DNA of 64,000 nucleotides. Origin: an archaeon (GTDB taxonomy: Archaea; Nanobdellota; Nanobdellia; Woesearchaeales; UBA9642). The stretch lies in NCBI GenBank assembly GCA_020057295.1, contig JAGVGF010000006.1, forward strand, positions 179,752 to 243,751. The letters run 5' to 3'. Positions 10,061 through 20,400 of this stretch are shown here, one piece after another. A program made the translations under genes and the position numbers. Each line of letters begins with the position of its first letter. The first letter of the stretch is position 1. The notes beneath the pieces were generated by a model, which made no database searches, was not told where the DNA came from, and saw only the letters and a list, made by a program, of their open reading frames with translations.

Positions 10061-10718
10061 TACTCTTGACGACTTTTGATTTTGTCGTAGAAGATTTTTT
10101 CTCAGATTTAAATTTTTGTGTAATAGAATTTAATTCATTTACATTATCAATGAATGTTGGTAAAACTTTTCCAAATACTTTTTCCATTGCTTGCAATTGT
10201 GCACCGACGTCAATCATATGTTTATCATAATCTCCAATCTTTCCAATAATTGCATTGTGTAATTTATCGAATTGTGCTTGTAAGTCTGTCATCTGTTGTT
10301 CCATTGATGCTAACTTATTATCTGCTTTTTGTTTCCATTCAATTACTTTATTTATGTCTTTTACAAGTTCATTCCATTTCTCGTCTATGATTGCTTCTAC
10401 TAATTCTTCGGGCGATCCTTGTAATGAACTCATTGAAACCCCTTGTGAAGGCATAGATTGTATTGGTGGTAATTGATTACCAAGTTGTTGCATTTGTGGA
10501 CTTAATTGAGAATTTGATTGTTCGCCTGCTGCTTGTGGTGAACCCATTTCTGATTGTGATATTGCATCAAATATCTGGCTAGAAGTATAACCATCTCTTT
10601 GTAATGTTTGTATAATCTGATTATTAGTGTAGCCTTGCTGCTTCATTGCAGAAACTTGTCCAATCGGAATATCTGGACCAGCAGCGAGGTCAGATTTGTT
10701 AGACTTAAATATACCCAT
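10044..10718 (-). CDS. Hypothetical cytoplasmic coiled-coil protein
   Basis: 224-aa ORF with SD-like gagggtg upstream; helical N-domain, Q/P/S linker, heptad-rich C-half; overlaps the start of the downstream gene. Confidence 0.8.
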   Translation of the reverse strand: MGIFKSNKSDLAAGPDIPIGQVSAMKQQGYTNNQIIQTLQRDGYTSSQIFDAISQSEMGSPQAAGEQSNSQLSPQMQQLGNQLPPIQSMPSQGVSMSSLQGSPEELVEAIIDEKWNELVKDINKVIEWKQKADNKLASMEQQMTDLQAQFDKLHNAIIGKIGDYDKHMIDVGAQLQAMEKVFGKVLPTFIDNVNELNSITQKFKSEKKSSTTKSKVVKSNDDEE

Positions 10719-10898
10719 AACACCCTCTTTATATTATTAACGCACAATTACTATATATAATATGCATTTATACCAATAACATGTTTATAAACTTTACGCT
10801 CAACTATATATAGTATATTATTACAACATTATCCGAGTTCATCGTAACATTTTTAAACAATATATGTTTTCGTGAAATATTATTGTGGGGTAAATTTT

Positions 10899-12293
10899 AT
10901 GGGTTTGTTTGATAACATTATCAATAATCTGCCAGAAGTATCACGTCCAAGTCAGAAGAAGTTGCCTTTTAAGGACAAGCTTAAATGGACTCTGATTATA
11001 TTGATGATATTCTTTGTACTTGGAATGATTCCATTATTTGGTCTTGGTTCTAATGCATTACAACAGTTTGAATTCTTATCTATTATATTAGGTGCAAGTT
11101 TCGGATCCATAATATCACTTGGTATCGGTCCAATAGTTACTGCATCTATCGTATTACAATTATTGAATGGTTCTGGACTTTGGAAATTTGATATGACCAC
11201 ACATGAAGGTAAGCAAAGATTTCAAGGATTTCAGAAATTATTCTCTATATTTTTCATCATATTAGAAGCTGGCGTATATGTATTCATGGGAGGTCTTTCA
11301 CCTAATGCAGCATACATCGGTACTTCATTATATTTCCAGTTAGAATTAGTTTTAGTATTCCAATTAATCCTTGGCGGAATAATGATTATGTTTATGGACG
11401 AGATTGTTACTAAATGGGGTTTTGGTTCTGGTATCTCATTATTTATTGCGGCAGGTGTTGCTCAACAAGTATTTATCAGAGCATTTTCATTTCTTCCGAA
11501 TCCATCTAGTCCAGGAACGGTTACTGGAGCGATTCCTAACTTATTTATTAGTTTAGCAGGAGGAGATCCTACTACTGCGATGTTAATGATTGCATCCATT
11601 GTAGCAACTATAGTTGTATTCCTACTTGCAGTTTATGTTCAAGCAATGAAAGTAGAAATACCACTTAGTTTTGGTAGAGTAAGAGGACATGGAATAAGAT
11701 GGCCATTAAATTTCTTATACACATCTAACATTCCAGTAATTTTAGTCGCTGCATTAATGGCTAATGTACAATTATTTGCAACATTATTACAAAAATGGGG
11801 TCATCCAATACTTGGAACATTTAGTGGTAGCTCTCCAACATCAGGATTCGTATTATGGATTTATGGTGGAGATGTTGTCGGAAAACTTATTAAAGGATCA
11901 TTTGTACCAGCAGATTTATTTCATGCATTAGTATATATATTATTCATGGTTATTGGTTCAGTAGTATTCAGTATATTCTGGGTTCAGTCAGCAGGTATGG
12001 ATTCTAGAAGTCAAGCTAAACAGATAATGTCTTCAGGATTACAAATTCCAGGATTTAGACGAGATGAAAGAGTATTAGAAAGAGTTCTAGATAGATATAT
12101 TTGGCCATTGACAATAATGGGTGCAATTAGTGTAGGATTTTTAGCAGCTCTTGCAGATTTAAGCGGAGCATTATCTAGAGGAACAGGAATATTATTAACA
12201 GTAATGATTATATACCAATTATATGAGAATATTGCTCGTGAACACATGATGGATATGAATCCAATGATGAGAAAGTTCATGGGAAGTAAATAA
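10899..12293 (+). CDS. secY: Preprotein translocase subunit SecY (archaeal Sec61alpha type)
   Basis: LPEV...KLKWT, LGIGPIVTASIVLQLL, KWGFGSGISLFIAAGV, YTSNIPVIL, IPGFRRD, GTGILLTV; ATG 10899 after gtgggg is preferred over the track's GTG 10872. Confidence 0.98.
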   Translation: MGLFDNIINNLPEVSRPSQKKLPFKDKLKWTLIILMIFFVLGMIPLFGLGSNALQQFEFLSIILGASFGSIISLGIGPIVTASIVLQLLNGSGLWKFDMTTHEGKQRFQGFQKLFSIFFIILEAGVYVFMGGLSPNAAYIGTSLYFQLELVLVFQLILGGIMIMFMDEIVTKWGFGSGISLFIAAGVAQQVFIRAFSFLPNPSSPGTVTGAIPNLFISLAGGDPTTAMLMIASIVATIVVFLLAVYVQAMKVEIPLSFGRVRGHGIRWPLNFLYTSNIPVILVAALMANVQLFATLLQKWGHPILGTFSGSSPTSGFVLWIYGGDVVGKLIKGSFVPADLFHALVYILFMVIGSVVFSIFWVQSAGMDSRSQAKQIMSSGLQIPGFRRDERVLERVLDRYIWPLTIMGAISVGFLAALADLSGALSRGTGILLTVMIIYQLYENIAREHMMDMNPMMRKFMGSK

Positions 12294-12350
12294 TTAAAAT
12301 TAAAAAATATTTATTTTATTAATTTTTAAAATTTTTGAGGGGGAGTTTTT

Positions 12351-13118
12351 ATGGCAGGTTTTTTAGATACAATATTTAATCCTTGGTTAGGTCAAGCGCT
12401 ACTTTTACCATCATTCTGGTCCCTATTAATTATATGTACATTTATCACGCTACTTGTTACTGTAGTCTATAAATATACTACTAATCAAGTAGAGATGAAA
12501 CGTATCAAGGGAGACTTAAAGAAGTATCAGAAAGAGATGCGTGAAACTAAAGATACTAAGAAATTAATGGTCATACAAAAGAAGGCTTTAGAATTAAATA
12601 TGAAATATATGACCTCTTCATTTAAGTCAACATTATATACTTTTATTCCTATAATAATTATATTCGCTTGGCTTAACATGCATATTGCATACGAGCCAAT
12701 CAGACCAAATACAGATTTTATTATAACTGCACAATTTGGTGAAGGTGCTAAGGGATTTATTAATTTGACAACCATGCCTGAAATGAAATTTCTGAATGAT
12801 GCATCACAAGAAATTAAAGATAATAAAGCAGTGTGGAAATTAAATGGAGATTCGGGAGAGTATAAACTGAATTTCGATTATAATAATGAAGGACCATATA
12901 CACACACAGTGTTAATTACTAATGATAAAACTTATACCACTCCAGAAAAGATTATTAAAGATAGTAAATTGAAATCTATAATTAACGGTAATGCTCCAGT
13001 TCATCCATTTGGTCAAGATTTTAACTTGTTTGGATGGTATCCTGGATGGTTAGCCACATACATAATACTATCATTAATACTTTCTGCAGGATTTAGAAAA
13101 GTATTCGATGTATACTAA
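12351..13118 (+). CDS. DUF106 / EMC3-TMCO1 (Oxa1 superfamily) membrane protein
   Basis: TM1, charged coiled coil, TM2 (TFIPIIIIFAWL), beta-rich insert, C-terminal GWLATYII motif; usual position downstream of secY. Confidence 0.85.
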   Translation: MAGFLDTIFNPWLGQALLLPSFWSLLIICTFITLLVTVVYKYTTNQVEMKRIKGDLKKYQKEMRETKDTKKLMVIQKKALELNMKYMTSSFKSTLYTFIPIIIIFAWLNMHIAYEPIRPNTDFIITAQFGEGAKGFINLTTMPEMKFLNDASQEIKDNKAVWKLNGDSGEYKLNFDYNNEGPYTHTVLITNDKTYTTPEKIIKDSKLKSIINGNAPVHPFGQDFNLFGWYPGWLATYIILSLILSAGFRKVFDVY

Positions 13119-13190
13119 ACTATTTTTATTTCTTTAATTTCTAAGCACAAATTTGTAGGTTATAACTAGAATCAGTCATCACAAAACAAG

Positions 13191-13250
13191 AGAAATGTGC
13201 ACATTTCTAAGTTTTGAACCCCGTCTAAGAGTTCAAAACATTTATAAATG
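13191..13250 (+). promoter_or_regulatory. Promoter region of rpl34e with palindromes
   Basis: Perfect 18-bp palindrome agaaatgtgcacatttct (13191-13208); inverted repeat gttttgaac...gttcaaaac (13211-13239) abutting TTTATAAA. Confidence 0.5.
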
Positions 13251-13349
13251 CCCTAAAATTCCTTTATATTAGATAAGATAAGCATGTTCGAGTAAGTTTC
13301 ATGGTATTCGAATAAGCACAAATTAACAATAATAATTCAGAGGTCAAAA

Positions 13350-13613
13350 ATGCCAAGAGGAAATTTAAAATCAAGAACATACAGAAGAATTCATGTAAGA
13401 ACTACAAAGGGATCTAAATTAGTTTATGCTAAGAGAAAGCCATCAAAAGCACATTGTGCAATGTGTAATGCAATACTTCATGGTGTTGCAAGTGAAAGAC
13501 CATACATAATGGGCAAGTTAGCAAAGACTGAAAAGAGACCTGAAAGACCATTTGCTGGACAATTATGTAGTAAGTGCATGAGATTAAAAATCAAGTCAAC
13601 ATTAACAGAATAA
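13350..13613 (+). CDS. rpl34e: 50S ribosomal protein L34e
   Basis: SRTYRRIHVRT, CAMC...LHGV, KRPERPFAGQLCSKC; SD gaggt. Confidence 0.96.
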   Translation: MPRGNLKSRTYRRIHVRTTKGSKLVYAKRKPSKAHCAMCNAILHGVASERPYIMGKLAKTEKRPERPFAGQLCSKCMRLKIKSTLTE

Positions 13614-13656
13614 ATTTATTTTTATTAATTATTTAATTTTATAAAAAAACAAGAGA

Positions 13657-13705
13657 TTGTCTCCCGGATTTTTCGGCGACGGAATCGTTTCTGTGGAGAT
13701 GGAGA
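13657..13705 (+). ncRNA. Candidate structured 5' leader of rpl14e (three-way junction)
   Basis: GC-rich island in an AT-rich spacer: outer stem 13657-63/13696-702, hairpins 13664-76 and 13679-94; overlaps the ggaga SD-like region. Confidence 0.35.
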
Positions 13706-13713
13706 AGATTAAA

Positions 13714-14088
13714 ATGTTTGAAGTAGGAAGAATATGTGTAAAAATAGCTGGCAGAGATGCTGGACAAAAATGTGTAATAGTAGATGTTCTAGACGATAAA
13801 TATGTTCTAGTTGACGGTATGACTCGTAGAAGAAAATGTAACAAAATGCATTTAGAACCTTCAAGTCAGACTGTAGCAATAACACAAAATGCATCACATG
13901 AACATGTTATTAAAGCATTTAAGGAATTAGGTTTAGAAGTTAAAACTACTAAGGTTAAAGGAAAAACTGTAAAACCAAAAGCAGCAAAGTTATCAATAGT
14001 AAAACCTGTCGATACAAGACCTAAGAAAGAAAAGAAACCTAAAGCAGAAAAAGTTAAAGCTGAGAAATCAGAAAAGGTTAAAAAATAA
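13714..14088 (+). CDS. rpl14e: 50S ribosomal protein L14e
   Basis: MFEVGRICVKIAGRDAGQKCVIVDVLD...RRKCNKMHLEP with Lys-rich tail; start set to ATG 13714. Confidence 0.96.
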   Translation: MFEVGRICVKIAGRDAGQKCVIVDVLDDKYVLVDGMTRRRKCNKMHLEPSSQTVAITQNASHEHVIKAFKELGLEVKTTKVKGKTVKPKAAKLSIVKPVDTRPKKEKKPKAEKVKAEKSEKVKK

Positions 14089-14196
14089 ATTTTTTAATCA
14101 TTTTTTATTTTATTCTTTAAATTTATATTTCATTTTTTGTAAAATTTTATTATCACAACAATATTTATAAACTTATTCTCTTAATTTTTATACTAT

Positions 14197-17100
14197 ATGA
14201 GGGATGGTTATAAAAAGAGGGGTCAATTCACAATATTTGTTATTGTAGGGATAGTTATATTCTTTATATTTTCATTTGCGATATATTCTAGAGCTAAGCT
14301 TGTTAGTACACAATTAACAACATTGGCCGATAGACAAATCAAAGAATATATTGATAGAAATTCTATTAATCAATATGTTACAAGTTGTCTGGATGCTGTA
14401 GCAAACGAAGCTATAATACAAGCAGGCATTCAGGGAGGAGTATATAATTTTAGTGGACAAACGTTAAACACAGATTATGTCTTATATACCGATTCATATC
14501 ATAATCGTACAGTTAATCTTTCAATAGTTATCAAAGAAAATAACGGTTGTCCAGATAGCAGACCTGCATATCAATATGTTGTAACTCAAAGTCCGGGATT
14601 TTATCCATTCACTTTTGGAAATGTATATCTTAATGCTCTTGACTCATTATACAAACCAGCATATGCTGGAGGAATAAATAATTGTACAATTAATAATTTT
14701 CATGAACATAGCGGTTTTTTTGGTGTGAATAATCTTTCAATACTTTGTGATCTTAATGGTGCTAATACAGTAGATTTTAGATATGGTAATAGTAATTCTA
14801 TCAGTTGTGATTATTATAATTATGAAAACACTTTGCAAGTTTCCATGCAAGATTTTATATCTCGAGAAGTTAATAAGTGCATAAATTTTACTGAAGTTTT
14901 AAAACGTAGTCCTAGTAATATTACACTAGTTGGCAATGTTAGTTCTAGAGTTTTGTTTGGTCAACAAGGAATGGAAATAACTTTAGAATATCCTTTTACA
15001 ATTATGATGTTTAATCGTCAACCTGTTACTAGAATGTTTGATTTTACCGTAAATAAGAATATTGCATTCAAAGAATTATATGATTACACGTATGAGCTAG
15101 CTAACAATGAAGTTAAAGATATTAAATTTTATATCAACAGGAGTGGAAATAGTATTACTAGTCGCAGTACACGAAGATTGGGTGAAGACGTTTTTAGTTC
15201 AAACTATATTATAGATATACATTCAGGTAATGCTTATAATAATTTTACAGATATAATTAGCGTAATTGATTATGATAATAAAATTAATGGTGAACCTTTA
15301 GTAATTAATTTTGGTATAAAAAATCGTAGACCTGCATTAGAATATATTCACGAAGGTACATCAGATTTGTACGATGTGTTGGGTGTAGAAAATGAAACGA
15401 TGATACTTACACCAGTAGGTTTTGATCCCGACAGAGAAGCTGACAATGAACATTTAACATACATATATAATTTGTGGGCTGAAGATTATAAAAATGTTTA
15501 CAATTACACAGATATTAAATGTCGTGAGCCCGACAATTTAAATTATATTATTGCTAATTGTACTAATGGTTTTAATATTTCCTTATCAGGCGCACCACAT
15601 AATTGGTCTAATTCCACATTATATATATCAACACAAACCAATGCAAGTTATAGACCATCTAAAGAAGATACAGGATATCATATTGTTAGAATTACTATAT
15701 ATGATCGTAATAATTTATATGATTATCAAGATGTACGCATAATGGTATTTGATTTACCAACAGCTAAAATCAATGCAACAAACCTTTATGATGATATACC
15801 ATCAAATTATACATCATATGAGGATGCATACATACTCAATGGTACAAACTCAATTGCTGGAACAATCGCACAATCTATCGGTGCAACATTATCAACATTC
15901 ACATGGAATGATAGTCAAGAACCATTCAATATCACCGTAGATGTAAGACCAGGAATACAGTACAGAACATTATTTATTCCAAATATTAGCCTATTAACTT
16001 TTTCTCCAGATGTTGCAATATGGAATATCACACAGTATACGTTTGCAAAGAAGGGAGTAAGTTCTCAAATACACAATATATCATTAACCGTGAATACTTC
16101 AATGGGATTAAAACATACAGCAACATGGCAAGTAAATGTCACACAATGCGTTCCACATAAAGCAACACCATTTGTATATCCCTATCCTTATAATCCTCAA
16201 CCGTATAATTTAATTAATTCACTAATGGCAAATCATACATGTTGCCTGAGCAATTATTCATACGCACCTAATACTGTAGAATGTTTTAATAATGTAAGAT
16301 ATGGATTAAACAGAACATTAACAGATTATAGATTTTATCCAAACATACCTCAAGATCCAAATGCAAATCCTTCATACAATATAGTTTATTCGGGAATTAT
16401 TCTTGGAGATAAAACAGATAACGATATTTTTAGACAAACATTCTTAAGAAATTGTTCAGCAGATAGAGGAAACACATGTACTGGTCAAGCATCAGAAGAA
16501 AGAGAAGATGTTACAAAATGTGATGATAAAAATAATGGTGTTAGTAACATATGGGTTTTTGGAACTTATGAAAGATGCAGTGGTCCTCCTATTGCTAATA
16601 TTAATGTAAATTTATCAAGTAATCCTGGATGCATAAATTATGGCTCTGGACAAACATTCGAAAAATTATCAGGAGCCGGAACAGGAAGTTGCACGGGAGC
16701 CAGCGGAAGATGTGCGACAGGCAATGGTCCTGCTGAATCATTCGGATTCGGCGTATCAGTATACAAATATAAATGTGCAGGCGGTTGTAATAGTGTTAAT
16801 GGTAAATGTGAACCTACTAACTGTTTATGTGATAGAACTTGCGATGGTGGTGTTAGTAGCGAATGTGAAATTTATGGTCCCGGATCACACAACACAGGTA
16901 AATGCGACATTAATAGTATAGAGAAGGAATGTAATAATTGTAATTATCAAACAACAGGGAAATGTAAATTGACAGGATTAAATAATTGCAATGCAAATAT
17001 AGATTGTGATGGAAAAACTCCTGGAATGGCAACAGGAAATTGTAACGCAGGAATAAATCCTGGAATTCCAGATAAATGTAGTAATTCTTGTGGTGTTGAA

Positions 17101-17385
17101 GATTTTGGAACAACATGTAGTAGTTCGTGTCCTGGAGTAGCAACAGAATGTGATACTAAATCTCCTCTAAGTATTTCTTCTAACCCTAATAAGTACTGTA
17201 ATGAGAATTGTCAACTGGAAGATTGCGGGGCACATATTCCAGATATGAGCGAACCAAGTCATTGCAAAACTCAATGTACATTTAATTCTGATTGCTCTAC
17301 TAATAGTTGTTGTACAACACCCGGAAAGCTAAGATTTAGAGATTGTCTTGAAATAGGAGAAACATGCAATTCAGCACCATCATAA
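14197..17385 (+). CDS. Large class III signal peptide (prepilin-like) protein with Ig/PKD-like middle and Cys-rich C-terminus
   Basis: KKRG|QFTIFVIVGIVI N-terminus; TTTATAAA at 14164-14171; dense Cys in the last 400 aa. Confidence 0.85.
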   Translation: MRDGYKKRGQFTIFVIVGIVIFFIFSFAIYSRAKLVSTQLTTLADRQIKEYIDRNSINQYVTSCLDAVANEAIIQAGIQGGVYNFSGQTLNTDYVLYTDSYHNRTVNLSIVIKENNGCPDSRPAYQYVVTQSPGFYPFTFGNVYLNALDSLYKPAYAGGINNCTINNFHEHSGFFGVNNLSILCDLNGANTVDFRYGNSNSISCDYYNYENTLQVSMQDFISREVNKCINFTEVLKRSPSNITLVGNVSSRVLFGQQGMEITLEYPFTIMMFNRQPVTRMFDFTVNKNIAFKELYDYTYELANNEVKDIKFYINRSGNSITSRSTRRLGEDVFSSNYIIDIHSGNAYNNFTDIISVIDYDNKINGEPLVINFGIKNRRPALEYIHEGTSDLYDVLGVENETMILTPVGFDPDREADNEHLTYIYNLWAEDYKNVYNYTDIKCREPDNLNYIIANCTNGFNISLSGAPHNWSNSTLYISTQTNASYRPSKEDTGYHIVRITIYDRNNLYDYQDVRIMVFDLPTAKINATNLYDDIPSNYTSYEDAYILNGTNSIAGTIAQSIGATLSTFTWNDSQEPFNITVDVRPGIQYRTLFIPNISLLTFSPDVAIWNITQYTFAKKGVSSQIHNISLTVNTSMGLKHTATWQVNVTQCVPHKATPFVYPYPYNPQPYNLINSLMANHTCCLSNYSYAPNTVECFNNVRYGLNRTLTDYRFYPNIPQDPNANPSYNIVYSGIILGDKTDNDIFRQTFLRNCSADRGNTCTGQASEEREDVTKCDDKNNGVSNIWVFGTYERCSGPPIANINVNLSSNPGCINYGSGQTFEKLSGAGTGSCTGASGRCATGNGPAESFGFGVSVYKYKCAGGCNSVNGKCEPTNCLCDRTCDGGVSSECEIYGPGSHNTGKCDINSIEKECNNCNYQTTGKCKLTGLNNCNANIDCDGKTPGMATGNCNAGINPGIPDKCSNSCGVEDFGTTCSSSCPGVATECDTKSPLSISSNPNKYCNENCQLEDCGAHIPDMSEPSHCKTQCTFNSDCSTNSCCTTPGKLRFRDCLEIGETCNSAPS

Positions 17386-17484
17386 ATATTTCATTATAAT
17401 AAACCAATATCAATTTGTGCTTACAAAACCAAAACATATTTAAATACTATTGGTGGGTATTAGTGTTAAAAAGGTGGGTGTTTA

Positions 17485-20400
17485 ATGAACTTAAGGGTTT
17501 TAAAGTATTTTATAGTATTTATCCTCTTACTAAGCACGTTTATACTGGTTAATTCTTCTAATGTTAATGCTACATGTAATGTTTGGTTTAATGGTTGTTA
17601 TAAGGATGCTAATGCATGTACTGTTGGTAGTGCTTCTTATAATCAATACAAATGTAGACCATTTGTTGATGTTGATGCACCAATATGTACACTCGGTAAT
17701 GATCCTAAATGTATGCCTGGATGTTGTTGTCCTACATCTGCTTCTGCTGAACTTACTCTATCTGGATTATGTAATGTTACTAGAGGAACATTTAATTCTG
17801 GTAGTTATACATTAACTCAATGTCAAAATTTTTGTTCTAGTGTGGTTGCTGGTAGCAAATATAATATTACAGGAACAGTTACAATAGTTGGTACAGGTCT
17901 TGTTTCTGGTGCACATATAACTCTTAATCCTAGTGCTAAAAATAATAATACTATTTCTGGTGGTACTTATTCTTTGTACAATGTTGATCCTGGAACGTAC
18001 ACTGTTACTGCAGAATATAGTGGATGTAATAATAATACTCAAGTAGTAATTGTTAACTCTAATGTTGTTTCAGATATCACGATTAAGTGTGATTATTATA
18101 GTGTTAGTGGTAATGTGAATTATACTTCTGGCGGAATCTCTGGTGCAGAAGTTAAATCTAGTGTAGGAAATATTATTAGTGGAACAAATGGAGCGTATAC
18201 TCTTAGTAATATTTTAAAAAATACTGCATTTGATATTACAGCTAATAAAACAATTGGCGTTAATTGTTTCGGAACAATACATATTAATCCCGTACAAAGT
18301 AATCTTGTCGGACAAAATATTACTTTAGTATGTAATACTTATACTTTTAATGGAACAATTAAGAAACGTGATAATTCTCCATTAAGCGATGCAACAGTAA
18401 GTAGTAGAGGAGGACTTACAACAGGCAATGCTGCAGGATTTTATAATTTTAATTCTGTAACTCCTGGAAGTATTACCGTAACTGCTGTAAAAAATGGAAT
18501 CGCTGTTAGTGGTGGTATAATGAGTTGTAGTGGAGAGTTATCTTTTAGTTTAGATAATAATTATATCAACAAAGATTTTATTGTAACTTGTTGTACTGAT
18601 AAAACTTATAAGAGTCCATGTATAGATGGTCAGATAGAAACTACTGTAGAAACAACATGTGATGATGGTAGACCTTTAACCAATACAAAGAGTTATGCAC
18701 CATGTAGCGTTCCTACTGCTTGTGAATGGAATTTAACATGGACTGGATGTGCTGCTAATGCTGAAACTGAAAGTGCTGTTCCTGGTACTCCTGCAAAAAT
18801 TATTGCTAATGGTTGTGATCCTAATATAATAACGCCACAGCCAGAATTAGTACGTGCATGTCCAACACAATGTGGTGATGGAAATTTAAATGTTTCTAGA
18901 ATATTAAATGGTTTTGTAGTTCCTGAAACTTGTGATTATAATTATAAAAGTGGAATATATAATGTAAGTGATAGTTGTTTCGCTGCATGGCAAGCTGCCG
19001 ATATTAGTAATCCTAAAAAAATAAATTTTAAGAGCGATTTAACAACAGATGCTACATGTTACATTGGAAACTGCACATGTAAAACACCTCCTCCAAAAAT
19101 AATTCCTACATGTGTTGACAATCCTGGTAATCTTAGTGACTTAAACATTTCTCATATTGCAATGCAGCACGCATTTAATGTCAGCTGGAATATAACTAAT
19201 CAAAGCTGTGCAAATTATGTTTCAAACTTTAGTTTAAGAATTTGTAATAATGCCACCGGTGCATGCATGGATGTACTAAATAATTATGTTCCAGTAAATA
19301 ACAGTATTAGTAATAATAGTAGAGCATATTTACATAATGCTTCTGACAATAAACCAATACCTATAGTTGAACTTACTGAATATTGTTATGAATTAACAGT
19401 TACGTTTAATGATAGTATTGTTGATCCTGCAAAACGTAAAAGCAGTATGATTAAGTGTATTAAGGCTGGTGATGAAAAATGTATGAGCATACATACCGAT
19501 AGTTGGTGTACAAGCAATAAGAAAACTAGTTGTTATGCAAATAATACAATTAATATTGTTCCTACTATCTGCTCAGCTACAGAATTTTGTACAAACGTTA
19601 ACGGAAATGCAGAATGTGTATATCAGCCAGAGTGCAATTTATGTAATGGTATCTTCGGAATATTAAGTTATAGTGAATTGAGAATACCTAGTCTAAGGTC
19701 AGATGCTAATTTAGGAAAACTAATATGGTGTCCTTCATTAGTTCATCCAAATCCTAATCCTTCGCAAGATTGGTTTGATTCAAGTAATCTTTATGGTTGT
19801 TACTTAGATTATTCTATGTCTACAACTGTTGATCAATCGTATGATTGTGATAAAGTACTTTCTTGTTATAATTATTTATCTAAAGATTCTTGTGAAAATG
19901 ATTATTGTAACAAATTTAATCAGACAGGAGCTAATGGTTGTGGATGGCAACCATACAACGGGGATAAATCACTTACTCCTAACATTTTTGGTAAAGGTGT
20001 ATGTAGACCTAAGAACGAATCCGAACAACAGTGCGGATTATGTAATGATAATAATCCTTTAAAAGTTAACAGAATATTTAGTAATTGTACTAAAGACATT
20101 TGTGGATTATATGGTAACTGTTTCTTTAACACTAACGGAAACAATTGTATGAATGCAAGAGATGTTACTTGTCCAACATATACACTTCAAGACGATTGTA
20201 TAGGAACGAGCAGGAAAAATGTAAGTACGGTTGTTGATTGGAATCTTGTAGATGGTTTGTTAAGAAAAGTTAGCGGAACTAATGTAAGGATTAATAGTTC
20301 TGATGCTGTTGGCTTGGGCGTATGTTATTGGGATGGTTCATGTAAACGTAATACAGATAATAAAACAGACATAGTTGATTGTAAACCAATAGCATTAGGA

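Noticed and set aside
13657-13713. N-terminal extension of L14e as given by the ORF track; also tRNA or cmk remnant
   Set aside because: L14e homology starts at MFEVGR with an SD before ATG 13714; the segment is too short for a tRNA, lacks T/D-loop consensus, and shows no kinase motif.
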